A stretch of DNA of 63,350 nt, counting the filler, from Octopus bimaculoides (Eukaryota), in assembly GCF_001194135.2 (NCBI RefSeq). It is 10 parts of 10 records of this genome, joined end to end, with 100 filler letters (N's around TTAATTAATTAA, not from the genome) between each part and the next. Parts side by side here need not be neighbours in the genome. Positions count along the whole stretch, not along the records: positions 24,323 to 30,570 come from NC_068985.1; positions 30,671 to 32,839 come from NC_068989.1; positions 32,940 to 51,840 come from NC_068996.1; 7 more parts are not named here. One strand, 5' to 3'. The notes under the pieces were generated by a model. It did not search any database, was not told where the DNA came from, and worked only from the letters and a program-made list of their open reading frames with translations. Below, piece by piece: positions 25,381-36,932 of this stretch. Numbering within the stretch: the stretch's first letter is position 1; each line of letters opens with the position of its first letter. A program made the position numbers and the translations under genes.

Positions 25381-25937
25381 TTTCAATAGTTACCACTTGT
25401 ACCTAGGTTTCGAACATTAATGAACAAATAAGATAATTTGTTATCTGTGTTCTCATTAGCAAGGGCGCTAAAAATTAACGTATAATTATGAGACAAATAG
25501 ACAGCACGTCTCATCTTTGTACATTATAATTTTTCAAATCCACCGCGCAAGCGCAGTTATAGTCGGCAGCAAATAATAATATATTTGCCGACTTTCTTCA
25601 AAATTACGAAAATCATATTAAGAAAATTTTATGCATGCTAGCCACCGGTTGAAAAAATTTTCTAATTTTCCTACCCTATATATATATTTTCTTAATGTGA
25701 TTTTCGTAATTTTGAAGAAAGTCGGCAAATATATTTCTATTTACTGCCGACTATAACTGCGCTTGCGCGGTGGATTTGTTGAAAAATTATAATGTACAAA
25801 GATGAGACATGTGCTGTCTATTTGTCCCATAATTATACGTTAATTTTTAGCGCCCTTGCTAATGAGAACACAAATAACAAATTATGTTATTTGTTCATTA
25901 ATGTTCGAAACCTAGGTACAAGTGGTAACTATTGAAA
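25381..25937. mobile_element. Foldback/MITE-like element: ~250-bp inverted arms, ~58-bp spacer
   Basis: 25381-25627 is the near-perfect reverse complement of 25686-25937; no ORF; no clear TSD. Confidence 0.9.
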
Positions 25938-26816
25938 GTGTTTTTCTGAATCCAGTGTGGTGTCTCTTTGGAGCTGTGAGATGGTACCGAGTCCTGTTGG
26001 AGAAGCCAAGTCTTGCCTTGAAAGTGCTCATTTGCCCGTGGAAGCACTTCAGCTTCCAGAATGTTGCTAAATGTATCGCTGGGTGTTAATTTTAACACCC
26101 AAGGGCACAAAAACGTGGTAAGATCTTCCAGTGGCTGTTACAGCCGCCCGAACCATAACTGACTGTAAATTTTGATGTTGATTTACGAGTCTACTCTCGA
26201 CGGAGCCAGCTACTCTCCAAAGTCGGTCCTGATAGTTTACTGTTTGTTCGATATCAAATTTCTTTTCATCAATGAACACCAGGCAGGGCAGCGTGCCTTC
26301 AGAAATCTGACGTTGGATAATACGACTTCTCTCCAGTCTCATGGCCTTATAAACTTGCGTGATCTCATAACGGTGGGTCGTCTTGTAGCGGTGGGTCCTG
26401 ACATCTTCCTTCAGTACTCTATACGTCGATGTCCGGCCTATTTTGGTTGTGGCAGCCAGTTTCCTGACGGAATCTTTTCTCTGGTACTTTTGATAAGCTG
26501 AGGGGTCCGCATACTTCTTTTTCGGTCACATTCAGGTCGATCAGCGGTGGAACCAGTCTCCTGAAATTTTTGACAATTTTCCAGACTGTTGCTCGGTTAA
26601 TTTTAGCTTTATGGCCATTGCTGTATTATTTTCACTTCATTCGTGGAATATTGTGATATAGCCATTATCTAATTTATAAATCTGAATTTATTTAGTCTGA
26701 AATAAAAAGAAGACACACTAAGCTTTTATAATGAAGTAAAATTTTCATATCTTATCACATTTATCGATAGTTATTAAAACCCGAAACCGCGGTTGCCTTA
26801 ATTTCGGGATATCCTG
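25938..26816 (-). mobile_element. Tc1/mariner maT (DD37D-like) transposon, 3'-truncated pseudogene
   Basis: Left end TA|CAGGATATCCCGAAATTAAGGCAACC. Fragments INRATVWKIVK, LVFIDEKKFDIEQ, QSVMVRAAVTATG, GVKINTQRYI, ILEAEVLP and WLLQQDSVPSH. The third Asp is lost by truncation. Confidence 0.85.
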
Positions 26817-27421
26817 TATATGAGTAATTCAAGACAATATGAATAAAAAAGCACTACAATTCATGTGATAACCTGAATGCTAAAGGGTTAAAAATAGGTA
26901 TATTATATGATGGTATATTATATGATGGTTTGGCTCTTGATTACCTATCTCCTACTCTTCACTCTGACTGAACTTACTGCATCCAGGCGTTACCAATACG
27001 TAGCTTAAATCGCAAATTATAAGTTGACTTCATTTATTGAAACTTCCAAAATATCCTTCAGTAGGTGTGTGTGGGGTAGTGGTGGTGGCGGTGGTTTATA
27101 ACATTCTTGTCATAGATAAAATAATTATGGCATTTAATTCAACAGATATGATCTCTGATTCAATATCAATGATCTTACAATCTGAGAAATTCTAAATTTT
27201 ATCACATTACACATATATAAAATAAAAGCGACTTACAGCATATAGAGCCACATATGATATACATAACCACTTATAGCCTATACAGTCATATAAAAATCGA
27301 AATTGCTTAGCAACAGTCAGACATTTGCATCGTAGCCGGAAAATATTTTCGTTGCGGTTGGTAAGCAATAAGATGAAAATTGCAGTACAAATCTGATATT
27401 GTATGTAGAATTACTGTTAAA

Positions 27422-27471
<50 letters not shown>

Positions 27472-27962
27472 GTACACACGCACGAACGCGTATTCTAATT
27501 CTTTCAAAAGAAAACTGAGTAGCAAAATTTTCTCTAACTAGCATGGCTCAACCACCAGGCCCATTTCGATAGATCCCACATCTTGTTGCTGTCTTCGCTG
27601 CATTCACCTTGGATTTCGACTTTGTCAAGAAGCTAACTGAATAAAAATTCCATCATATTCTGCCTCTACAACTCATATTCCCGTTTCTTTTTCTCATCGA
27701 CACAAATGAATTATTTCTTTCAGATTACTTTAAATAATTGGCCCGTGCTATTTGCCTTCATGCGTGTCATGCATCAGAAACAACCCTATTGCAATATCGT
27801 AAATCCTTTTATGCAATTTCTGGATGTTTATATTTACATAAAGCTCGAGCAGATTACAGCTATTCTGCTCTACGATAAGAATTGCTAAACACCTTGTTTC
27901 TAACTGTTGATGACGTCGCACGGTGCAAATGAAATTAATATGAAGTAATATAAAGACAAAGT

Positions 27963-28197
27963 GGAAGCGCACGGTTTAGTGATTAGGGTGTTGGACTCAA
28001 GATCGTAAGGTCTATGTTTCGATTCCTGGACAGGGCGATGCGTTGTATTCTGGAGAAAAATACTTCATTCCACATTGTTCCAGTTCATTCAGCTGGTAAA
28101 TATGAGTGATCGTGCGACCGACCGACGTCCCGCCAAGAGGGCCATATGTAAACGCCAAAGAAACCGGGAAACCGGCCTTATGCTCCTTACGGAGTAC
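27963..28197 (+). mobile_element. tRNA-derived SINE (family D-related head with different tail)
   Basis: gcgcacggtttagtg...ttcgattcctggac...ttccagttcattcagctggtaaatatgagt. Confidence 0.65.
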
Positions 28198-28234
28198 TTT
28201 ATCTTTGTAGAAAGACAAAATGGACTAAACAAGA

Positions 28235-28322
28235 CAGGAGGAGACACGTGGGATGGAGAGTCGCTGAAGAGGTCACAGATGTGTGACGAAAGATTTCCAG
28301 ACATAGGACATAAAATAAGAAC
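28235..28322 (+). mobile_element. Solo pLTR-like repeat (family H3) with CTGAAGA-stem-GAAA
   Basis: Homologous to 55716-55824 (inverted) and 57196-57290; CTGAAGA-G-GTCACA-gatg-TGTGAC-GAAA at 28264-28291; abuts (CA)n. Confidence 0.7.
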
Positions 28323-28408
28323 ACATACGCACACACGCACACACGCGCAAACACACGCACACACGCGCAAACACACACACACACTCATAGATACACGCGT
28401 ACACACAG

Positions 28409-28472
<64 letters not shown>

Positions 28473-29299
28473 NNNNNNNNNNNNNNNNNNNNNNNNNNNN
28501 NNNNNNNNNNNNNNNNNNNNNNNNNNNNNNNNNNNNNNNNNNNNNNNNNNNNNNNNNNNNNNNNNNNNNNNNNNNNNNNNNNNNNNNNNNNNNNNNNNNN
28601 NNNNNNNNNNNNNNNNNNNNNNNNNNNNNNNNNNNNNNNNNNNNNNNNNNNNNNNNNNNNNNNNNNNNNNNNNNNNNNNNNNNNNNNNNNNNNNNNNNNN
28701 NNNNNNNNNNNNNNNNNNNNNNNNNNNNNNNNNNNNNNNNNNNNNNNNNNNNNNNNNNNNNNNNNNNNNNNNNNNNNNNNNNNNNNNNNNNNNNNNNNNN
28801 NNNNNNNNNNNNNNNNNNNNNNNNNNNNNNNNNNNNNNNNNNNNNNNNNNNNNNNNNNNNNNNNNNNNNNNNNNNNNNNNNNNNNNNNNNNNNNNNNNNN
28901 NNNNNNNNNNNNNNNNNNNNNNNNNNNNNNNNNNNNNNNNNNNNNNNNNNNNNNNNNNNNNNNNNNNNNNNNNNNNNNNNNNNNNNNNNNNNNNNNNNNN
29001 NNNNNNNNNNNNNNNNNNNNNNNNNNNNNNNNNNNNNNNNNNNNNNNNNNNNNNNNNNNNNNNNNNNNNNNNNNNNNNNNNNNNNNNNNNNNNNNNNNNN
29101 NNNNNNNNNNNNNNNNNNNNNNNNNNNNNNNNNNNNNNNNNNNNNNNNNNNNNNNNNNNNNNNNNNNNNNNNNNNNNNNNNNNNNNNNNNNNNNNNNNNN
29201 NNNNNNNNNNNNNNNNNNNNNNNNNNNNNNNNNNNNNNNNNNNNNNNNNNNNNNNNNNNNNNNNNNNNNNNNNNNNNNNNNNNNNNNNNNNNNNNNNNN

Positions 29300-30570
29300 T
29301 ACGCAAAAATGAAAATAACACTAACTTCTCTCATTTTAACGGATATATTTACCAAAATTACATAAAAATATCTTGAAATACTAAAGAGTAAATTTATTCA
29401 GTAAAATCGCCATTGGCTTCAACCACGGCCCCCAGACGACTTTGGAATCACCTGCAACTCTTCTAGACGGTCTCCTTGTTTAAGTTGATGAATGCTGCCA
29501 TAATCCTTGCCTTCAGTTCATCTTTGGTATTACAAGGAGTTTTCTTGGTCTCTCGCTCAGCTGCGCCCCAAACATAATAATCACGCGGGTTGTAGTCTCT
29601 GGGGAGCTCGGTGGCCAGATGTTAGGGGTGATGTGATCACAGAAATTATCTGACAGTCACGACAGGGTCCTTCCGCTCGTGCAGCATGGTGCAGAGTGCT
29701 GTTGCTAGACATAGGGTCTTCCAGCAGCCACCCTCTTGACCCAAGGCAGCACTATCTCGTCCAGGCACTTCACGTAGGCCTCCGTGTTGAGTCTGAGACC
29801 GTGTGGGAAGGTGAATAGAAGCATAACGTCGCCATCATTAGTGATCACTCCAGACACCATGATGTTGACTGGTTGTTGTTTTTTTATCACTCTCGGTCCA
29901 TGTTTTGGGGACACGGCAAGCCAACGGTTATTCTGTGTGTTCACCATCTGATGTTGGCAGTCACTTTTCTCGTCTGAGAAAAACCAAAACGTGTTCGTTT
30001 GGAGGGGATGCTTGAGTTTGTTCAAATGCTTCGTAGGACGGTGGTTCCTTCTGTCCTTGATGGCTTGGGATAAAAATTGGCCCTTTCTCATCTTGTATGA
30101 GGAATACAGAATACCTTCATGCACCACCTGCCGGATAAAAAGAGAAAAAAACTCAGACACTCCCATGTCCCTGGCGATGGACCTGATTGACTGGGAGGGA
30201 TCGTTGTCAGTCATGGCCTAGACCTCGCCCACAAATTCAAGACTTCTTTTCTTATCAGAACGGTCAGAGTGAGTTTTCCGAGCTGCCGTAACTTTGTAAT
30301 CACATTAGACTCATCCAACACTTTCCGAATCTTCTGCACTGTCCTCAGATTGAAGCCCAAACACTCTGAAATGCTCGTATTGGAGCCTCTGGCGCGAATG
30401 CCAAGCAGTAGACCATGTCGTTCCCAATTTTTTTAGCAGAGTAAACTGCGTATGATACTGTTTTTCTTACAGACTGTGCCCAACTGACCATATTCTACTG
30501 TCTAGTCGATAAAATCAAAAGCAATGTGCATGCACGCAATTTAAAATATAATATGGTGACAATTCACCCA
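29300..30570 (-). mobile_element. DD37D (maT) mariner-like transposon, near full length, pseudogenised transposase (~29394-30452)
   Basis: HTH region (NLRTVQKIRK, SQSIRSIARDMGVS), WFFSDEK, RPYV*QQHSAPC (WQQD mutated), IWPPSSP..NP.DYYVW with 37 residues between the second and third Asp positions; stop at 29394-29396; ends run into gaps. Confidence 0.9.
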
Positions 30571-30839
30571 NNNNNNNNNNNNNNNNNNNNNNNNNNNNNN
30601 NNNNNNNNNNNNNNTTAATTAATTAANNNNNNNNNNNNNNNNNNNNNNNNNNNNNNNNNNNNNNNNNNNNTATATATATATATATATATATATATAAGCA
30701 CTTGCATGAGTGCTTAGCTAAGATATCCGCTTCACAACCACATGGTTTCGGATTTAACCCGGCTGCACAACACCTTAGGTGTCATCTTTTCTGGCTTATC
30801 CTCTATTTTTATGATATATTTGTTGTTTTTTTTTGTGGT

Positions 30840-31405
30840 ACATTCAAGCTAGGATGATAAGTAACTTAAGATTTTGCGTTACCAATGAAAAGACTAAAGT
30901 CTTACACGGCTTGAAAAAATCTAGTTACACAAGTTATTGCAGTTCTTTCAAAGAAGGTGCAACACCTACAAAATTATCACCAAAAAGCAGATCACGTGTA
31001 TATTCTTTAGATTTAGTCTTTGCATTGAACAGATCTCTGCTACTACGAAACTTACTATTTACTCCATCATCATCTTCCTCTCTATGTGTAATACTTAAAT
31101 ATCACAAAATTGAAGAGAAGAACAAGAATCCGATGTTGTTTATTTCTTTTTCAAACACAGAAACAATGACAACATACAGTTGTTATTATGTCGTCATAGA
31201 ACGAGATAATAGCCTACTTTTTTTATAATATCTAGAAAACCCAGTTTTGATATAACTTTCATCCTCTCTCCCTGGTAACAACCTTGCACGCATTTGTTAG
31301 ATTTATAAAGACCATGAAGCATTCCTTCTAATGCTCTTGAGCTTTCATCTGACTTTGATTAATAGAAAGATCATATTAACTGTCCCGCATCAATCTCGAA
31401 AGCCA
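30840..31405 (-). mobile_element. RTE (BovB-like) reverse transcriptase relic
   Basis: GTVNMIF...FMVFINLTNACKVVTRE (cf. YMVFVDLTKAFDTVSRE) and DGVNSKFRSSRDLFNAKTK...RDLLFGDN..VAPSLKELQ (cf. LLFADD). Confidence 0.78.
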
Positions 31406-32439
31406 TGTTGCACATACATGCATACATAAATACATATATAAACATATACATACATGCATAAATACACATACGTACAAAAAAAAACATATATACAAACACA
31501 TATACGCGCATACATACAAACATACATGCGTACTTACATAATACATACATATATAATTGTTGTATTGAAAGGACATCATGGGAATTCCAATAACGCAAAT
31601 GTCAATAATCGCAGACATATTCCCTTGGTATTCGATGTAACAATAACACTTGTGATTCAATGTGGGCAATTGGATTAATTCCTGTGACCTTTATGTGACT
31701 TTTAACAAATCACGAGAGAGCTTTCAACATAGTTAGAACATTTTTGTCAAAGCCAGTATTTGGGGATAGGAAGTTATACGCATAAACATATGCTTGTACG
31801 TACATATGTATTTATGCGTATATATATATATACATGCACATACCTGTATGTGTGTGTGTGTATGTATATATATGTGTGTGTGTGTGTGTATATATATATG
31901 CGTAGGATTGGTTGGGGCGTGCGCGTTTGTCTGTGAGTTAGCGTATGTTTTTGTGTGCATGTGCTGTTATCGTATTCAATTAATTTAAGTTCGCTTCAAA
32001 ATCGTAAGGTTCCAGGTTCAGTCTTACTGTGTGGCACCTTGGAGAAGTATCTTCTCATATATTCGCGGCGATCAATATCAATGATCTGCAAATAAATTTA
32101 GTAGACAGAAAATGTACAGAAGCCTGTCTTGTAGATATATACATTTGCGTCGGTGTGTATCTGTGTCTATATAAGCGGGTGTTTGCGTTTTACTTTCACT
32201 TCTTAATAACCGTTATTGGATTATTTATGTGTTACTCGGGGATTACTCAGTGGTTCAGCGCATAGAGTCACATAAAATAAATGCTACGCATAAGATATAT
32301 ACAGCAGTTGACTTAATCAAATAAGCTCTTCAAGACAGAGGCCATTGCATAGCGGTAGTCTAATAAATGAGACAACTTAAAGAATAAGATTCTTCTTTCC
32401 TTTAGCTTTTCTGTTTCGATTATTGCACAAGATAAATTT

Positions 32440-32645
32440 TGGCAGGATCGTTAGCACGGTGGACAAGAAGCTTAGCGGTATTACTTACGGACTTACGGTT
32501 TTATGTTCTGAGTTCAACTGCCACCGAGAACAACTTTGCCTTCATTCTATCTGGGTCGATAAAATAAGTACCAGTCAATGTAATCTTCAACCTCCTCTCC
32601 CGAAAAAAAATTTCAGGCCTTGTGCCTATAGTGGAAAGAATTAAT
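32440..32645 (+). mobile_element. tRNA-derived SINE (family A)
   Basis: tggcaggatcgttagcac...ttctgagttcaa...ctttgccttcattc...gggtcgataaaataagtaccagt. Confidence 0.85.
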
Positions 32646-33399
32646 AATATTTTCTTTAACAACAGCTCATTTTCTTTGAATTCAAATACCATCTTAGTCT
32701 ATCTTTTTGATTTTGTTTCCTCCAACTACTGTAGTCTGTAATTCAGATTTCAGGCGATTAATCAACAAGAATAACTGGAAAGTAGAAATAGCAATGAAGT
32801 AATCTGAGAACAACTATATATATATATATATATATATATNNNNNNNNNNNNNNNNNNNNNNNNNNNNNNNNNNNNNNNNNNNNTTAATTAATTAANNNNN
32901 NNNNNNNNNNNNNNNNNNNNNNNNNNNNNNNNNNNNNNNATCTGCGATCCATGGGACGAGCCGTTTTAACGTTGCGTCCTGCCCGAAGCTCGTCGAAACG
33001 CCGGTGTTAAAACGTGGGTAGCTGAAGAAGTAGAATGTTCTCTATGTGGCTCGTGTGTTCTCGTCTACGTTTGTGTGCAATGTCCTGTACCCAGATATGC
33101 ACCTATACATACAGGTGGATGTCGGTATGCACATACCTGTACATATATATATATATATATATCCCCTCACACATACGTACACACATACATATATGTATAC
33201 ACAGACATTCCCATACGTACATGGTCCCTGGCACCAACGTTATTCGTTGTGTTTTGAAGGCTGTTTATATATTTTTTTAGTTTGCTGGGCGCGTGCGTGT
33301 CAGTTCTGTATGTGGTGGATGGGTCTATGTGGAAGTTCTTTCCAGAGGAGTTATTAATACTCTAATAGCAATAATAATAGTGATAATGACGATGATGAT

Positions 33400-33435
<36 letters not shown>

Positions 33436-34911
33436 ATGCCAACTTTTGAACTTTGTGGTGAGGTGCGCCGTTATTTTTGTGCGTAGATCATGTTATTCCT
33501 TCCTGTGGGTATGAGAGATTCTGCTGCTAATTGGGGAGGGTTAATTTCTACAGTTAATTCCTCTCATCTAATTGGACAACTATTGTTTAAGCTATCTAGG
33601 CTTAGCTACGGTTGGATAGACACCAATTGGTCAAGAGGGTTAGGGCGCGCATGCATACGTACACCTACACACACACACCTACACGCGCGCGCGCGTGCTA
33701 TATATATCTTTATCTCTATACACGCTTACATATATGTATATACACATATACATACACAAGCACACATCCCTTCATTCCACTATATACTTATGTAGATGGA
33801 GTGTATATACCAATACAAAGGTTAGATGAGTTATTGAATAAATTATTAAGAAGTCTATATGCAGATAGAAATAAATAAATAAAAATAAATAACTATCCTT
33901 ATGTATATATATACACGCTTAGAAGTATTCTACTTTTAGTAGATACACTCAACTAATGAACCATTATGGTGGTTATTTATAAACTTAGTGAATTTACGTG
34001 TAATTGTATTTCATTATTTCCACTGTTTGGTTAAAACATGGGGCGTTAATTACTATAGAGATAATAGTGAATGGGGATGACCCTAAGATTTGATTATCCT
34101 ACCTAACTACCGTTAACTTACATAATTAAATAATTAATTATCATTGTTATTGCTGCCATCACCAGCACCATCACCATACCGGGATCTTTTTGGTTTGATG
34201 GGCAACACTTGTTTTCTTAACGAAACACTTNNNNNNNNNNNNNNNNNNNNNNNNNNNNNNNNNNNNNNNNNNNNNNNNNNNNNNNNNNNNNNNNNNNNNN
34301 NNNNNNNNNNNNNNNNNNNNNNNNNNNNNNAAAAGTACTATAAAACATGGATTTGAAATTGGCTATCAGCTTCTGTAATAACCAGTTATTGTGTAGAGTA
34401 ATGCAATATATCCATGCAGCTAAACATCCCAGAAATTCAAACATTATTCCACAGGCAGTAAATAAAACAAAGTCAAGTGGGACAAGAGGTGAATATAAAT
34501 TTTTTTCTATATTACTTACATATTTACTTACAGTTGTTTCATAATCTTCATAATATAGTATTATTAATTACATATTTGAAAAATTATACATAAATGTTTT
34601 CATCAATATGTATACTCAGCATTATACAATATAATTATATGTTTACAAATTGATGCAAATGAAGAAAGCTACCTCATCAGATCACTGGAAAATTATGGAT
34701 ACATCTATCATACAATTAAGTCACATTTCTTTATTTGCATCAATTTATAGATATATGCATATTGATGTAAACATGTGCATATAATTTTACATACTGAAAT
34801 TAATAATATGAGATGATGAAGGTTACAAATTGGCTGTAAACATGAAAGTCATAATGAAAAAAAATCTGTTTTCACCTCTTCTACCTCTGACTTTATACTC
34901 TATATATACAT

Positions 34912-35130
34912 AATCATCATCATTATTTAAAATCCACTTTCCATGCTGGCATGGGTTAGGTGGTTTGACTGGAACTGGTAAGCCACTCCAAGAGTGTAAT
35001 GGGTGCTTTTTACGTGTCACTGGTGTGGGTGCCATTTACGTGGCACCAGCAATGATTTCATGGGTGCCATTTACGTGGCACCAGCAATGATTTCATGGGT
35101 GCCATTTACATGACACTGGCAATGGCCATG
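34912..35130 (-). mobile_element. RTE 3' UTR fragment with (GAT)n tail and short tandem repeats
   Basis: Minus strand ends ...aacccatgccagcatggaaagtggattttaaataatgatgatgat; the unit gggtgccatttacgtggcaccagcaatgatttcat is repeated. Confidence 0.8.
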
Positions 35131-36932
35131 TCTATATATAATATATGAAGCACTACATAAAGAATACACAGAATAAAACACTAATTAATAATGGACGTTT
35201 GAACTATTGGGTAGACTAAGCAATATATATAATTTTAAATATGAATATGGATATAATCATTATAAATATAAACAGAAATACAATACAAGGCAGCTAATAT
35301 ATTAGACAATACCTACACTAAAAATTCACATACTACAACACAAAGTGTATTATGTGGACAAAATGTTATAAGGTACAGAACAAACAAATACATAATCAAA
35401 AAGTCTCATAAAATGAAACATAATATGTGCCATACCGAACTATAGGCTAATACTAATAACATATTACAAAAACAATAAGCTCAAAAACCTCATTATTAAC
35501 AACACACCACAAGTATGTAAACCCAAGAACAAACCAATAATGAACAATGTAATTAAAAAATTTTAATGTAAAAGTGAAAGTTGCGAAGTTCACAATTCCC
35601 ACTGTTACATTAACCAGAGAAGTACAATGCTCATGTCCAGGAGATAATGTTGAGATAGCCTGGAAATGTTTATAAAGATGAGTTTGATAACTTTATTTGT
35701 TTCAAATGAACTATAAGAATCTCCATGTAGGTGTGAGAAAACTTTAATAAAACAAATTGAATTAGAACTTAGTCATGTATTTGTGTTTTAGTAATTACCT
35801 TTCTACAGATTTAAATAAAGTAATTTTTAATCAAACTTACCAATGATTTTTATTTTAGTTTTATATAAACTATACATTACTATGATATCAGTCTGATTGA
35901 CTTCAGAGCGATGAAAGGTTAAATTAAATTTGGCAATACAAAAGCTTTGAGAGCAATCATTTTAAAATAGTTTCTCTCTCTAGTGTGCAATAGGAACAAC
36001 AATGTTGCTGCACACTATAATCCTTGCATAATTGTTCTGCAGATTGATTATAAATAAAATTCTTACCTTAGTTTACATTATTGGGTGTGGGGAGTAACAA
36101 TGCATTAAAATTCTGAAAGCATCTTAACAAATAAGAGTACAGATATAAATACATAATAAAAATAATGTTAGCTAAATGGAAAATAAATAAAGCAGTAGTT
36201 TAAATATTACTTGTATAAATATTTTATTTGCATGCTAATTATTACTTCATATTGTAGGAAAGCCACAATGAAGATGCAAACAACTTACTTTAGTAGCTAG
36301 TCAGCTAGTCAAAATTGTTAAAAAAAAATAATACCTAAACATTTTACTTTTTCTCTAATTTATGAGAATATTTATATCAAACCAAAACTTTCTAAGTGGC
36401 AATTTAAAATTAAAATAAACCTGATCTAAAAATTTTAAATATCATAAACTGTTTAGATGAAAAAATATAAAATAAATTTATTCCAATTAGAATTTAATTT
36501 TTAATAGGTATGAAACAGTAGTTTCCAATTTAAAAATAGAATAAAATTAAAATATTATTTCTTGGTACTACACACACACAGAGTGAAATGTTGACTATTA
36601 AAGTACGAAAGAATTAAGAAGTGTGCTTCTTTATTTCCATTGTTGTTGCAATCCAGTCACTAATTCTAGCATATTGCTATCCACAACTGCTATTAAATTT
36701 AGAAAAAAAAAAATTTGATTCTGATCTGGCACATTTGTTTACCACCATCTTTCATAATTCCTGCATTAACTGATTGTAATTTCTTGTCCAATCCAAATTT
36801 GAGAAAATACCTTGCAGTTAAAATTAAGAATATAAAATTCTTTTAAGATTCAGTAAATAGATGCCAATCAACTAAAATACCACCAGAAACACACTTATCC
36901 TATGTCATGTACATATTTTTAGAGCATCTATC

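Noticed and set aside
30833-31228. 131-aa plus-strand ORF
   Set aside because: Antisense shadow of the RTE RT relic on the minus strand.
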